Shown: positions 10,139-21,141, counted from the stretch's first letter. The stretch is 64,000 nucleotides of DNA from Deferribacterales bacterium (GCA_050253075.1 JBFWJS010000002.1:32001-96000); one strand, 5' to 3'. Notes: a model not told the origin generated them from the sequence alone. Numbers and translations are program-made.

Positions 10139-11515
10139 TTATAAAGCCAGCTTCTTCCTCCATGCGCCGGACCTGTACCGTGCGTACAGAAACCCGGGCA
10201 TAAAGAAGAATATCGCCACTAGAGTGATCCATGCCGTTTCCACAGACATATGAAACACATGCAGGATGATGAATGTGACAATTGTGAGAAACCACATTAT
10301 CCCCACCGTGATGAACATCGCCATATAAGTATCCCCGGCGCCCCGCAGAGCACCGCCGTAGACTATGATGATAGCATTCACCGTTACATATATAGACGCA
10401 ATCCGCAGCATAAAGACTGCTTTCTCTCTAATTGATTCGAATGCCGGGTCATAGACCGCAGGTGCGAAAACATCCACCAGAGCCCCCGGAAAAGCCATAA
10501 AAAAGAACGCCACGATGAGGGAAAATACTGTCCCCGTCTTTATCCCCGAAATGAGGGATCTGTGAGCGATATCCTCACGCCTTGCGCCGATGTATCTGCC
10601 GAAGAGGCTTGTAACGCCTATCTCCAGACCGATGAGCGGAATGAAGGCAACATGGTCCCAGTTGAACACTATCGTAATGGCGGATGAGCTCTCCAGACTG
10701 AGCACCTGAAACGCTGTCACCATAAGTGTGAACGCACTCATATTAAGGAAAAGCTCCATCCCCGCAGGGAGTCCGAACTTTACTATCTTCTTAAATATAT
10801 CTTTTTCAAAACCTATGACATAGCTCAGCTGTATCTTCGCAGAGCGCAGATATCGTATATAGACAAACACCAGTATCAGCACGGATATTACCATACCGAG
10901 TATTGTTCCTATCCCCGCTCCTACGATGCCGAGGGACGGAATGCCGAATTTACCGAATATCAGTACATAGCTGAATATAATGTTGCAGACCATCGCTATG
11001 AGTGATGCTATCATCACGACCCTTGTGTAGCCTATACCGCTGAAAAATGCCGAAAACACGCCCCTGATAAGACCAAGAACAGAGCCAAACATCAGTATTT
11101 TAAAATAAGGCACCTGCTGGACAAGCTGTGGCTGTGCGAGCCCCGAAGCTTCGAAAAGCCATACAATGCCCGGAGTAATTATCAGCAGAAGCGGATAAGC
11201 AGCAAAAGCTATCAGTAGAGCCTGATAAGTGACCTTTGCGAAAAGTTTCCCTTCGCCTCGTCCGAAATACTGCGCCGTCACCGCTGTGGAATACCCCAAA
11301 AGCCCCACAAAGAACGACATAACCATGAAAGCAGACAATCCGCCGCCCATAGCGGCACTCATATGTTCACTGCCCAGTCTGGAGAGGAAGAGCCTGTCTG
11401 TAAACATCATCACTGTTTCGCAGGCACTGGATACAACCATCGGCACGGCAACATTGATCATCTCTTTGACGCTGCCGCTGTCGGCATTGATCACCGCGTT
11501 AGAATTTTCTTCCAT
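10139..11515 (-). CDS. MATE family efflux transporter
   Basis: about 12 TM; D..FLSRLG, LIFG.FG.P.LG..GAG, LRGAGDT, ends SGAW. Confidence 0.93.
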   Translation of the reverse strand: MEENSNAVINADSGSVKEMINVAVPMVVSSACETVMMFTDRLFLSRLGSEHMSAAMGGGLSAFMVMSFFVGLLGYSTAVTAQYFGRGEGKLFAKVTYQALLIAFAAYPLLLIITPGIVWLFEASGLAQPQLVQQVPYFKILMFGSVLGLIRGVFSAFFSGIGYTRVVMIASLIAMVCNIIFSYVLIFGKFGIPSLGIVGAGIGTILGMVISVLILVFVYIRYLRSAKIQLSYVIGFEKDIFKKIVKFGLPAGMELFLNMSAFTLMVTAFQVLSLESSSAITIVFNWDHVAFIPLIGLEIGVTSLFGRYIGARREDIAHRSLISGIKTGTVFSLIVAFFFMAFPGALVDVFAPAVYDPAFESIREKAVFMLRIASIYVTVNAIIIVYGGALRGAGDTYMAMFITVGIMWFLTIVTFIILHVFHMSVETAWITLVAIFFFMPGFLYARYRSGAWRKKLAL

Positions 11516-11550
11516 AAAATTAATACCTAAATGAATAATACAAAGCTGTT

Positions 11551-11579
11551 AAAAAAACGAAAAGGCCGGAATGCAACCT
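11551..11579 (-). terminator. candidate attenuator terminator in MATE leader
   Basis: minus strand AGGTTG-CATTC-CGGCCT-TTTCGTTTTTTT (two G-U pairs), 35 nt before MATE start. Confidence 0.45.
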
Positions 11580-11630
11580 GAATGATAAATGAAAATTAGA
11601 GAGGGGAAAATTTATGATTCAAAGTCGCTG

Positions 11631-11657
11631 TTAATTGTTACGAATAATTACCATCAT
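11631..11657 (-). CDS. candidate leader peptide (M)MVIIRNN
   Basis: AAGGAG RBS at 11661-11666 then ATG ATG GTA ATT ATT CGT AAC AAT TAA. Confidence 0.55.
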   Translation of the reverse strand: MMVIIRNN

Positions 11658-11689
11658 TATCTCCTTAGCTATTACTAACCGAGAGACAA

Positions 11690-11718
11690 TTTATATAATA
11701 ATATAAATTATTAGGCAA
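11690..11718 (-). promoter_or_regulatory. sigma70-type promoter of MATE leader
   Basis: minus strand TTGCCT-N17-TATAAA. Confidence 0.55.
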
Positions 11719-11723
11719 GTAGT

Positions 11724-12263
11724 TTACGCAAAAAATAACGGAAATATAACAGTGGCGACAAAAGCGGCGAATACCACAAATGTAGACATGATGTATCCGT
11801 ACCCCTTGATCTTGCTCACTGCAAATACGGAAAGGCTGAGATACCACGCCAGAAACGCAGGGTGGAAATACTCGAGCATCTTACCTTCTAAGAGGAACGT
11901 AACGGGGAGAAATATGCTCATAGCCTCGAAGCTGAGCACAACCCGCATGGTTGCCATGAAAACGCCTGCTTTTTTGGGGAGGTAGAGATAAAGAAGACCT
12001 ATGTATATGAATGTGAGCAGAATACTTTCGACTATCTGGCCAAAATTCGAAGGACGGAGCACACCGCCTATATCCCTGAAGGGTATGACGAGGCTCACCC
12101 CGTACATGAACAGGATATTGAAAGTATGCTTCCTGTTTAGCATAAGGGACATCATCGCCTTTTCGCTGAAAAATATCAGCTTGATCGAACGCAGGATAGT
12201 ATCCAGCGGATTAGGAAATTGTCCTTTACCAGTTTTTGTTACCGCGCTTCCAGCTTTGGTCAT
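11724..12263 (-). CDS. hypothetical membrane protein
   Basis: about 5 hydrophobic segments; last gene of liv/paaK/HD run; start uncertain (overlaps HD gene). Confidence 0.7.
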   Translation of the reverse strand: MTKAGSAVTKTGKGQFPNPLDTILRSIKLIFFSEKAMMSLMLNRKHTFNILFMYGVSLVIPFRDIGGVLRPSNFGQIVESILLTFIYIGLLYLYLPKKAGVFMATMRVVLSFEAMSIFLPVTFLLEGKMLEYFHPAFLAWYLSLSVFAVSKIKGYGYIMSTFVVFAAFVATVIFPLFFA

Positions 12264-12903
12264 CAGTGTTATACCACCATTCGTAATACATTATCTCGCT
12301 GGCAGACATGAATATCTTCTGCGCCGCCTCGGTTTTCAGCCGTTTCACGGTGGTGCGTATCCAGTTATCCGCCTGTTGGTTGCCCTTATCCTTTTGTTCC
12401 TTAAGGAAAAAGAGCAGCTCCAGAACATCCGCATCCTTTGCCACTATTGCTTCCGTGGTCTTCTGTGCGGAAAATTCCTCTATTATATCCAGAACATCCT
12501 GCTCAATGGGCAGTCCGCTCACGGCATGCTTCAGCGCCTTATCGTCGTCTGACTCCACATACGACTGCTGAAGATAGTTCAGATCCCCTGTACGGGACTC
12601 CTCCAGATCGTGAAACATGCACATTTTCAATACTTTATCAGCATCACAGCCGACTATCTTCGCAAGGGTGTATCCCATCATAGCCACTCTGAAAGAATGG
12701 TCTGCGATGGACTGGGTACCGCTCCCGAGGTAATCCTGCCCCGAACGCTTCATCGTCTGCAGGATGCCCAGCTCATAAAAGAAATTCGAAACCCGTCCTG
12801 TCCGGTCATACTGGGCTCTGGGTAAAGTATCTGTATCCATTTCGTCTTCGAATGCAGATTCTTCACTATGTTCAGAATGCTCCTGACTAGAGTTTTCTTT
12901 CAT
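12226..12903 (-). CDS. HD-domain phosphohydrolase (YfbR/HDDC2-like)
   Basis: R.G....[26 protein letters not shown]; start may be 12840. Confidence 0.88.
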   Translation of the reverse strand: MKENSSQEHSEHSEESAFEDEMDTDTLPRAQYDRTGRVSNFFYELGILQTMKRSGQDYLGSGTQSIADHSFRVAMMGYTLAKIVGCDADKVLKMCMFHDLEESRTGDLNYLQQSYVESDDDKALKHAVSGLPIEQDVLDIIEEFSAQKTTEAIVAKDADVLELLFFLKEQKDKGNQQADNWIRTTVKRLKTEAAQKIFMSASEIMYYEWWYNTDDQSWKRGNKNW

Positions 12904-14197
12904 CTACGACCCTTTTAGCCTTACCTTCAAACCTTTCGAGAGTCTGCGATGTTGTCAGAGTTATCTTCGGTTTGATTCCCAGAATTTTCTGGAACTGATT
13001 GGTAAGGTCTTCTACAAGTGTACGCTGTTTTTTCATCTCGTCAAAGAAGATATTCTCAGTAACTTCGACCTTTATCTCCATAGCGTCCAGAGCACCCTTC
13101 TTACGCACAAATATCATATAGTGCGGTGAAGCTCCCTGAACCTTGCTCAGAGCCTCTTCCACCTGTGAAGGGAACACGTTCACGCCGTTGATGATAAGCA
13201 TGTCGTCCGTACGTCCCTGAGGTTTCTCCATCTTTATCAGTGTTCTGCCGCATGGGCACTCATCACGGAAAAGTCTGGTCACGTCCCTTGTACGGTATCT
13301 GATCATAGGCATAGCCTCACGTTTCAGAGCCGTAAGCACAAGCTCGCCCCACTCGCCTTCAGGCAGCGGTTTCAGAGTTATCGGGTCTATTATCTCAGGG
13401 TAGAAATAGTCTTCGTTTATATGCAGCCCGTTCTTAAATATACATTCGCCTGATATCCCCGGCCCCATCAGTTCAGAGAGACCGTAGTTATCTGTGGCGG
13501 ATACGCCGAGCTTCGCTTCTATGTCGTTTCTTATCATGTCTCCCCACGGCTCAGAGCCGAGCAGAGCATATTTCAGGCTGAGGTCATCTTTGGTCAGCCC
13601 CATCTTCTCCATTGTTTCTGCTATGTGCAGAGCGTATGAAGGGGTAGCTATCAGAGTGGTGCTCTTATAGTCTTCCATGATGGTTATCTGACGCTGTGTG
13701 TTTCCGCTGGAAACAGGGATAACGGATGCGCCGATGGTCTCAGCACCATAGTGCAGACCGAAACCGCCCGTAAAGAGACCGTATGTGAATGATATATGTA
13801 CTATGTCGTCCTTTGTCACTCCGCCTGCGGTCATGAGCCTCGCCACAAGGTTGTTCCATGCGTCGAGGTCGTTCTTTGTATAGCCCACTACTGTAGGCTT
13901 TCCTGTGGTTCCGCTGGATGAGTGTATGCGGACGATGTCTCTGAGAGGCACGGCAAACATACCGTAAGGATAGTTGTCTCTCAGGTCTTCCTTTGTTGTG
14001 AAAGGGAGTTTGGAGATGTCGGAAAGTTCACCTATCACATCAGGTTTCAGATCAAGCTCGTCGAATTTTTTACGGTAAAAGTCCACCTTGCGGTATGCTC
14101 TGTTCACCGTTGTCTGCAGGCGCTCCAGTTGAAAAACTGCACGCTCCGCAGGAGCCATCGTCTCCTCTTCCTTGTGCCAGTATCTTATCTCTCCCAT
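12887..14197 (-). CDS. paaK: phenylacetate-CoA ligase family protein (copy 2)
   Basis: [52 protein letters not shown]. Confidence 0.92.
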   Translation of the reverse strand: MGEIRYWHKEEETMAPAERAVFQLERLQTTVNRAYRKVDFYRKKFDELDLKPDVIGELSDISKLPFTTKEDLRDNYPYGMFAVPLRDIVRIHSSSGTTGKPTVVGYTKNDLDAWNNLVARLMTAGGVTKDDIVHISFTYGLFTGGFGLHYGAETIGASVIPVSSGNTQRQITIMEDYKSTTLIATPSYALHIAETMEKMGLTKDDLSLKYALLGSEPWGDMIRNDIEAKLGVSATDNYGLSELMGPGISGECIFKNGLHINEDYFYPEIIDPITLKPLPEGEWGELVLTALKREAMPMIRYRTRDVTRLFRDECPCGRTLIKMEKPQGRTDDMLIINGVNVFPSQVEEALSKVQGASPHYMIFVRKKGALDAMEIKVEVTENIFFDEMKKQRTLVEDLTNQFQKILGIKPKITLTTSQTLERFEGKAKRVVDERKL

Positions 14198-14910
14198 TTT
14201 TCTTTATACTCCTTGCCCAGATACGCTCTTTTGACCTCATTATCGCCGAGCAGCTCGGAAGCCTTGCCCTGCATAATGATGCGTCCGTTCTCAAGCACGT
14301 AGCCCCTCTGGGCGTATTTTAACGCCATGCTGGCGTTCTGCTCTACTAGCAGTATAGTGAGTCCTGTCTCAGCCAGAACTTTAAGTTTCTCATAGACTTC
14401 TTTGATAACAAGCGGCGCAAGCCCCATCGAAGGCTCGTCCATCAGCAGTATCTTCGGCGCTGTCATAAGAGCACGCCCGATAGCAAGCATCTGCTGCTCC
14501 CCTCCGGAGAGCATCCCTGCCATCTGCCCCGCACGCTCACCCAAAACGGGGAACATGTCGGTGATATCCGCCAGCCTGCTCTTCACCTCTGCCACGGGTC
14601 TTTTGAACCCGCCCATCTCGAGGTTTTCCCTGACAGACATGTTGGAGAACACCCTGCGCCCTTCAGGCACAAGAGCCACCCCGCCCGAAACGATATTCGC
14701 AGTGGACATCTTTGTGATGTCTTTTGTTTCGAAGGTGGCAGTCCCCTTGGACTTGCCTACTATGTTCATTATACTATTTAAAAGTGTGGTTTTCCCTGCT
14801 CCGTTGCTCCCGATGAGGGAGACGAACTCCCCCTCTTTTACGTGGACAGACACGTTTGTCAGTGCCTGTACTCCGCCGTAGGAAACGTATAGGGATTTTA
14901 CCTCTAGCAT
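14185..14910 (-). CDS. livF: branched-chain amino-acid-type ABC ATPase LivF
   Basis: [39 protein letters not shown]. Confidence 0.92.
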   Translation of the reverse strand: MLEVKSLYVSYGGVQALTNVSVHVKEGEFVSLIGSNGAGKTTLLNSIMNIVGKSKGTATFETKDITKMSTANIVSGGVALVPEGRRVFSNMSVRENLEMGGFKRPVAEVKSRLADITDMFPVLGERAGQMAGMLSGGEQQMLAIGRALMTAPKILLMDEPSMGLAPLVIKEVYEKLKVLAETGLTILLVEQNASMALKYAQRGYVLENGRIIMQGKASELLGDNEVKRAYLGKEYKEKWER

Positions 14911-14929
14911 TCTCTATCCTTATCCATTC

Positions 14930-15018
14930 GTCATTGCGAGAAACGTAGTGACGAAGCAATCTCAACCATCCTGAAACACTTCATAGCCGGAAGACTGCCA
15001 CGCTTCGCTCTCAGTGAC
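14930..15018. repeat. CGTC-type palindromic extragenic repeat, copy B
   Basis: GTCATTGCGAG...CGAAGCAATCT ... AGACTGCCACGCTTCGCTCTCAGTGAC between livG and livF. Confidence 0.8.
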
Positions 15019-15027
15019 ACATATTTT

Positions 15028-15780
15028 TTAAATTTCTTCATCACCGAGGTATGCTTTAAGTACCTCTTTATTCTCTCTGACTTCCTGATACGTACCCTTT
15101 CCGATGACTTCGCCGAAGTTCAGACAGACCACATACTCCGCAAGGGAAGATATGAACTGCATGTCGTGCTCGACCATGAGGATGCTTATCCCCTCTTTAT
15201 AGATCTTCTGCACCATCTCTGCGAGGTTCTCTTTCTCTTTGAGGTTAAGCCCTGCTGCGGGCTCGTCCAGAAGGAGCATCTTCGGATTTGAAAGGAGTGC
15301 TCTGCCCAGCTCAAAGTTTTTCAGCACGCCGTAAGGGATGCTGTCGGGTGTCATATCTGCATAGTCTGCCACACGGACAAAGTCCATGTATTCGTCTATT
15401 CTCTTTTCTGTCGCCTTCCAGTAGCTGCGGTTCAGACCGAGCATACTTTTAAGGGCAGAAGGGTTTTCCTTACCTATGAAGCCCAGATACATGTTCTGTC
15501 TCAGGGTCAGCTCAGGGATGATGTTCAGGTTCTGAAAGGTACGTGATATCCCAAGAGGAAATACCTTTTCAGGTTCGGCACTTGTGATGTCCTGCCCGTC
15601 GAAGGTGACTGCCCCGTCTGTGGGAGTCACAAAGCCTGTGATAACGTTGAACAGAGTGGTCTTCCCCGCTCCGTTCGGACCTATCAGTGCCGTTATACCC
15701 TTTTCAGGTGTGGTGAACGTAACTTCGTTCAGCGCACGCACACCGCCGAAGTTAACGCCTATATTATTTATACTAAGCAT
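15028..15780 (-). CDS. livG: branched-chain amino-acid-type ABC ATPase LivG
   Basis: FGGVRAL, GPNGAGKTT, RTFQ, LDEPAAG, VEHDM, AYLG. Confidence 0.92.
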   Translation of the reverse strand: MLSINNIGVNFGGVRALNEVTFTTPEKGITALIGPNGAGKTTLFNVITGFVTPTDGAVTFDGQDITSAEPEKVFPLGISRTFQNLNIIPELTLRQNMYLGFIGKENPSALKSMLGLNRSYWKATEKRIDEYMDFVRVADYADMTPDSIPYGVLKNFELGRALLSNPKMLLLDEPAAGLNLKEKENLAEMVQKIYKEGISILMVEHDMQFISSLAEYVVCLNFGEVIGKGTYQEVRENKEVLKAYLGDEEI

Positions 15781-16708
15781 TTTTCTTCACCAATTTTTTC
15801 AGAGTTCCTGCGATACCGCCTGGGAAGAACATGATGACCGCAGCGAGGAGTCCGCCGTAAATGATCATCTCGAAATCTTCGAAAGTGGCGAAAAGCTCAG
15901 GGATGAACCCGAGGAATATCGCACCCACTATACCGCCGGATATATAGCCCAGACCGCCCACCGTAGCCATGCAGAGCAGGCTGATGGAGTATTTGAAGCT
16001 GAAAGATACGGGGCTGATAAAGTGTGTGTAGTATGCGTAGAAAACTCCGTTGAGAGCCGTTATAGCCGCCACGATGGCAAATACCATGAGCTTTGTGCGT
16101 GCAACATTTATACCGTAGCTTCGGCAGGCACTCTCAGAGTTTTTGATAAATTTCAGTTTATAGTGAAGGAACGATTTATCGAACACTTCATAAAGGAATA
16201 TGCATAAAAGGAAAAATGCGCTCATAAACACATAGAAGGACTTCTCCGTGCCGAGCTCAAAGCCGAACACGTGCAGGTTTTCTATCCCCATAAAACCCGA
16301 AGGACCGCCTGTCAGTCCGTCGAACTCGTTCATGCAGATGTAGATGATCATACCGAAGCCGAGTGTCGCCATGGCGAGATAGTTCCCGTGGAGCTTCAGA
16401 ACGGGATAGCCCACAACCCATGCGACAGCAAACGCCACAGCAGGCGCTATGAGCATGGTCAGCATAGGATGCACGCCGTAATTCACCGATAAAATAGCGG
16501 CAACGTATGAGCCGATACCGTAAAAGGCAGCCTGTCCCATTGAGATGATACCGCAGTATCCCAAAAGCATGTTGAACGCCGCAGTGTTCAGAGCATTTAT
16601 CATCATGAGCGTAGCAACGCCCAGATAGTATTCATTGTGTACGCCGAAACCGACACCTATGACGGCGGTAGCGCATATCAGGAAAAGTGTAAGATTAAGC
16701 CTTCTCAT
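15773..16708 (-). CDS. livM: ABC permease LivM
   Basis: G..SMGQAAFYGIGSY, L.G.YLAMATLGFG, TGGPSG, VGGLG. Confidence 0.9.
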   Translation of the reverse strand: MRRLNLTLFLICATAVIGVGFGVHNEYYLGVATLMMINALNTAAFNMLLGYCGIISMGQAAFYGIGSYVAAILSVNYGVHPMLTMLIAPAVAFAVAWVVGYPVLKLHGNYLAMATLGFGMIIYICMNEFDGLTGGPSGFMGIENLHVFGFELGTEKSFYVFMSAFFLLCIFLYEVFDKSFLHYKLKFIKNSESACRSYGINVARTKLMVFAIVAAITALNGVFYAYYTHFISPVSFSFKYSISLLCMATVGGLGYISGGIVGAIFLGFIPELFATFEDFEMIIYGGLLAAVIMFFPGGIAGTLKKLVKKNA

Positions 16709-17568
16709 ACTCGGTGCACCTTCTTCTTACCAAACAGGCCGTCAGGTTTCACAAAGAGAATTATGAGTATAACGAGGAAAGCCACGGCGTCTTTCAGCCC
16801 CGAAGGGATAACGCTGGCGGAGAAGCTCTCGAATATTCCGAGCATAAGCCCGCCCGCAATGGCAGCGCCGAAGTTGCCCAGTCCGCCGAGTATCGCAGCG
16901 GCAAAGCCCTTCAGACCTGTCATGATGCCGTCATCGTATGTGACAAACATGATCGGAGCGATGATAACGCCCGCAACGGCACCGAGCAGTGCGGCAACGG
17001 CGAATGACATCACACGTATATTGCTGACCTTTATGCCGCAGGTCTCCGCAGCAACAGGGTCGTCAAAGCTGGCTCGCATAGCCTTGCCGTATCTTGATTT
17101 TTTAAGGAACATATTCAGCCCGAAAGCAACAAGGAGCGACACGACTATGACCAATATAGACTGGCTGGAGATAACTCCGCCCGGCATGTCGATGTTGAAA
17201 ACAGGGATAAACTCCTTTACAGGGAGGGAATCACGCCCCCAGAAGTGCATAGCCAGATCCCGCAGGATGATGGACGCCGCAATTGTGACGGTGACGAGGT
17301 TCAGCTCGTTCTTTATCTTTGTGAGCCTGATGAAGAACCTCTCGAATATTATCCCCATAAGGAAAGCTCCGCCCACTGCACCTACGAATGCGATAGGGAA
17401 CGGAAGTCCGTACATTACAAAAAATGTGTATATCAACATACCGCCGATCATCACAAACTCGCCCTGGGCAAAGTTGATGATGCCGGTGGTGTTGTATATG
17501 ATATTGAAACCCAGAGCAACCAGCCCGTAGATGCTCCCACTGGTGAGCCCTGAATATAAGAACTGCAT
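16705..17568 (-). CDS. livH: ABC permease LivH
   Basis: GSIYGLVALG, INFAQGEF, GKAMRA, KGFAAAILGG, KPDGLFG. Confidence 0.92.
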   Translation of the reverse strand: MQFLYSGLTSGSIYGLVALGFNIIYNTTGIINFAQGEFVMIGGMLIYTFFVMYGLPFPIAFVGAVGGAFLMGIIFERFFIRLTKIKNELNLVTVTIAASIILRDLAMHFWGRDSLPVKEFIPVFNIDMPGGVISSQSILVIVVSLLVAFGLNMFLKKSRYGKAMRASFDDPVAAETCGIKVSNIRVMSFAVAALLGAVAGVIIAPIMFVTYDDGIMTGLKGFAAAILGGLGNFGAAIAGGLMLGIFESFSASVIPSGLKDAVAFLVILIILFVKPDGLFGKKKVHRV

Positions 17569-17625
17569 TATTAAACAAACCTACCCGGTTATGAAAAACC
17601 TTATAATAATTAAAAATGGTCAGAC

Positions 17626-17654
17626 AGTATAAGCACTCCGCAGACCCTTGTCAA
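17626..17654 (-). promoter_or_regulatory. near-consensus sigma70 promoter for livH operon
   Basis: minus strand TTGACA-N17-TATACT. Confidence 0.75.
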
Positions 17655-17664
17655 ACGAGGAAGC

Positions 17665-18099
17665 CTAGAGGTCTGATATGTCAGACTGCTTAACGAATCC
17701 GAAGCCGTCGGCAGAGAGCTTCTCAGCCGCCATGTCTGTGTCGTCAAAGCGGAATATCATGATGGCTCTGCCCTTCTGATGATGATCGACGAATGCATAC
17801 ATGTACTCTACGTTTATGCCGTTTTTATCGAGGCATCCGAGTATCTGTGCAAGTCCGCCCGGATGGTCGCTGACGACGACAGCGAGGACATCTGTGCGTC
17901 CCACTGTGAAATCGTTCCCTTTGAGCAGGTCATAAGCCTTTTCAGGATCGTTTACGATGAGCCTGAGTATGCCGAAGTCGGATGTATCCGCCAGAGAGAG
18001 TGCTCTGATGTTTATACCGTTTTCCCCGAGCAGTTTTGTTACCTCGTGGAGACGTCCTGACTGGTTTTCGATAAAAACAGATATCTGCTGTAATTTCAT
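17665..18099 (-). CDS. tandem ACT-domain protein
   Basis: [43 protein letters not shown]; typical paaK neighbour; GGAG RBS before ATG 18099. Confidence 0.9.
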   Translation of the reverse strand: MKLQQISVFIENQSGRLHEVTKLLGENGINIRALSLADTSDFGILRLIVNDPEKAYDLLKGNDFTVGRTDVLAVVVSDHPGGLAQILGCLDKNGINVEYMYAFVDHHQKGRAIMIFRFDDTDMAAEKLSADGFGFVKQSDISDL

Positions 18100-18112
18100 T
18101 TTTGTCACTCCT

Positions 18113-19417
18113 CTATAGTTTACGGTTATCTTTTACACGCTGAGCTTTCCCTTCGCTTCTGGCGATGGTCTTATGCTCTACTATGCGCACCTTGCAGGTG
18201 ACGCCTATCATATCTTTTATATCTTTCTCTATACCTTTTGAAAGATCCTGAAGTCTGCGTACTCTGTCCATGAACTGACCTTCGGCAAGCTCCACCTGAA
18301 CCTCGAGGGTGTCCATGTTCCCCTCTCTGTCCACCACCAGCAGATAATGCGGAGAAAGCTCTGCACGCTGTACCAGTATAGCCTCTACCTGTGAAGGATA
18401 TACGTTTACACCGCGGATGATGAGCATGTCGTCGCTTCTTCCCATTACCTTATTCATACGAACGAATGAACGTCCGCATTTGCAAGGCTCAGTGATGAGG
18501 CTGGTTACATCCCTTGTGCGGTATCTGATGAGAGGTATGCCCTCTTTTGTGATAGTTGTGAAAACAAGCTCGCCCTCTTCGCCCGGCTCGAGAACCTCGC
18601 CCGTTTCAGGGTTTATGGTCTCAACGATGAAGTGGTCTTCATTTATGTGCATGCCGTTTTTCGCTTCGACACACTCGTATGCGACCCCCGGTCCGATGAT
18701 CTCGGAGAGTCCGTATATATCAAGGGCGTCTATGCCCCATTTCTCTTCTATATCCTGTCTCATGGCTGCTGTCCACGGCTCTGCGCCGAAGATGCCCGCC
18801 TTGAGCTTAAGGTCTTTCTTAGGGTCTATCCCCTCTTCGATAGCTGTTTCATACAGTGATAAAGCATAGCTTGGAGTACACGAGAATGCCGTAGAACCGA
18901 AATCCTTCATAAGCATAAGCTGTTTCTTAGAGTTTCCGCCGGATATAGGGATGACGGATGCGCCGATCTTCTCCGCACCGTAGTGCGCGCCGAGACCGCC
19001 GGTGAAAAGTCCGTATCCGTAGGCGTTTTGAAGGATATCCCCTGCGCCGACACCTGCAGCAGTGAATGTTCTCGCCATTATCTCTGTCCATGTGTCGATG
19101 TCTCTGCGGGTGTATCCGACAACAGTAGGCTTACCGGTGGTTCCGCTGGAGGCGTGCAGTCTGACTATCTGCTCCTGCGGTACGGCAAACATGCCGAAGG
19201 GATAGTTGTCTCTCATGTCCTGTTTATATGTGAATGGGAGCTTTGCCATATCCTTGAGCGATTTGATATCGTCGGGGAGTATGCCTGCCTCGTCCATTTT
19301 TCTTCGGTAAAATTCAACTCTGGCGTAGACATTGTTTAAAAGCTGTCTCAGCCTTCTAAGCTGAAGCTCCTCCAGATACTCTCTGGGGAGGGTTTCGTAG
19401 TGCTCGTTCCAGATCAT
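18113..19417 (-). CDS. paaK: phenylacetate-CoA ligase family protein (copy 1)
   Basis: [44 protein letters not shown]. Confidence 0.93.
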   Translation of the reverse strand: MIWNEHYETLPREYLEELQLRRLRQLLNNVYARVEFYRRKMDEAGILPDDIKSLKDMAKLPFTYKQDMRDNYPFGMFAVPQEQIVRLHASSGTTGKPTVVGYTRRDIDTWTEIMARTFTAAGVGAGDILQNAYGYGLFTGGLGAHYGAEKIGASVIPISGGNSKKQLMLMKDFGSTAFSCTPSYALSLYETAIEEGIDPKKDLKLKAGIFGAEPWTAAMRQDIEEKWGIDALDIYGLSEIIGPGVAYECVEAKNGMHINEDHFIVETINPETGEVLEPGEEGELVFTTITKEGIPLIRYRTRDVTSLITEPCKCGRSFVRMNKVMGRSDDMLIIRGVNVYPSQVEAILVQRAELSPHYLLVVDREGNMDTLEVQVELAEGQFMDRVRRLQDLSKGIEKDIKDMIGVTCKVRIVEHKTIARSEGKAQRVKDNRKL

Positions 19418-19536
19418 TATGAAAACTCCGTATAGCTAAGCTGTAATCTTAAAAATTTAACAATTTGACGGATAAAAGTCAAACGGTATTTAACGAAGTT
19501 TAGTCAGAATATATTTTAGATATAAATACTTTAAGA

Positions 19537-21141
19537 TTACTCTGAAATATCAGGTGATTTACAGAATGCCGTATACTTTTTCTCTCCGCGGAGGCTGATG
19601 GTTTCGCACTCATAACCGCTGAAATTTACGAAAGCGTCGTAAAAGAATTCTTTACGGACGAGGAGGATAAATTCTTTATTCTTATCCAGATAAGCCCTGA
19701 GTTCTTCTTCATTGGTGATCAGGATATCCTGATATTCCTCACGTTCCTGAAACTGGGTCTCTCTGTGACGGGACATAGCAATAGGCACTACCTTATTAAG
19801 ATAAAACGAGAGCGACGGAACGAATGTCTCATATATAAGCACAGGATACTTCCCTTCAGGGTCGAAGTTCTGTATATCCTTCGCAACCATACGATAACCC
19901 TTTGCATACGGGCCCGCAAGGGGCATGACGAGGTATACAAACATAACCATGAGAACTATCCCGACGGTAAATGCTGCGACAAAGTTCTTATTATAATATC
20001 TCTTATGAAGGAAGATAACCAAAAGCATATAAGCAACGCCAGCAGGCACGCAGATGTACCAGTAAGGGCGCATATAATGAAGCACAAACGGGATGACTGC
20101 CATAGCAACGGGCAGAACATATAAAACAGCCAGACTTAATTTCTTAAGCAGCTTTGAGTCTGTGCATAATGCAGCCAGTATGGCAGCAACGGGGTAGAAA
20201 GGTAATATGTATGTACCCAGCTTGCTTGTGGATATCTGAAACACTATAAAAGGCATCAGTACGTATAAGTAAAGCACTTTGCCCGTCAGTATCTTATTAG
20301 TTTTTGTATAGTTCCTGAGCATATAAAAAGCCCACGGAATGAACGTGCCGAAGAATATCATGAAGAAGAAGTAAAACGGCTTTGCCCTGTCGAACTTATC
20401 CGTTGCAACCCTTTCAACAGTCTGGTCATAAAGGAAATATTCGAGCAGTCCGTCGTTTATGCTGACAACATACCAATACCACGGCGTAGCTATCAGAACG
20501 AACACGGCGAGTATGCTCACCCAATGCAGAAGTGAAAAAGCCTGCCGGTGCTTACGGTCGAAAAACAGTGAAGCAGCATAAGGCAGAAGTGTAAAAAGGA
20601 ATATAACAGGTCCCTTCGTCATAAAGCCGAGCCCCAGAAATATACCTGTCATCAAAGGGTTAAAGCTATTCTTTTTCACATATATCTGACTGAACATATG
20701 GTACAGCGTCATGACGGTAAACATAGCAAGGTATATATCAGTGGAAACCACCCTGCTGACTATCAGGTACAGAAAAGATGATGCAAGTATCAAAACAGAC
20801 GTATCTGCTATCTTTTTATCATTGCTGAGCACGAATGCTGTTTTACGTGTGTATATGAGTATGATAATGGATGCGACAGCGCCAAAGAAGCGCACACCGA
20901 GGCCGTTCACGCCGAAAATGGCGATGCCGAGGGCATTTGCCCAGTATGTAAACGGCGGTTTATGGAAGTGCTTTATACCGTTGTAAAAAGGCTCCATGTA
21001 ATTACCGCTGGCGAACATCTCTCGGGATATCTCCGCATATCTGGCATCCGTGGTCTCTATGAGAGGAACCCAGTAAGCAGGTATAAGAAGACATGCAAAA
21101 TAGAAGGCTAAGAATATATAAAATCTTTTATTATCAAGCAT
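19537..21141 (-). CDS. ArnT-like polyprenyl-phosphate-sugar glycosyltransferase (GT-C)
   Basis: DARYAEISREM, HKPP.TYW, GFMTKGP, PWY, SKL.TYILP; multi-TM. Confidence 0.9.
   Translation of the reverse strand: MLDNKRFYIFLAFYFACLLIPAYWVPLIETTDARYAEISREMFASGNYMEPFYNGIKHFHKPPFTYWANALGIAIFGVNGLGVRFFGAVASIIILIYTRKTAFVLSNDKKIADTSVLILASSFLYLIVSRVVSTDIYLAMFTVMTLYHMFSQIYVKKNSFNPLMTGIFLGLGFMTKGPVIFLFTLLPYAASLFFDRKHRQAFSLLHWVSILAVFVLIATPWYWYVVSINDGLLEYFLYDQTVERVATDKFDRAKPFYFFFMIFFGTFIPWAFYMLRNYTKTNKILTGKVLYLYVLMPFIVFQISTSKLGTYILPFYPVAAILAALCTDSKLLKKLSLAVLYVLPVAMAVIPFVLHYMRPYWYICVPAGVAYMLLVIFLHKRYYNKNFVAAFTVGIVLMVMFVYLVMPLAGPYAKGYRMVAKDIQNFDPEGKYPVLIYETFVPSLSFYLNKVVPIAMSRHRETQFQEREEYQDILITNEEELRAYLDKNKEFILLVRKEFFYDAFVNFSGYECETISLRGEKKYTAFCKSPDISE

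Noticed and set aside
19464..19483. TTTGAC-N8-GTCAAA inverted repeat upstream of paaK
   Set aside because: One arm can be explained as a -35 hexamer; no second instance or adjacent regulator supports an operator
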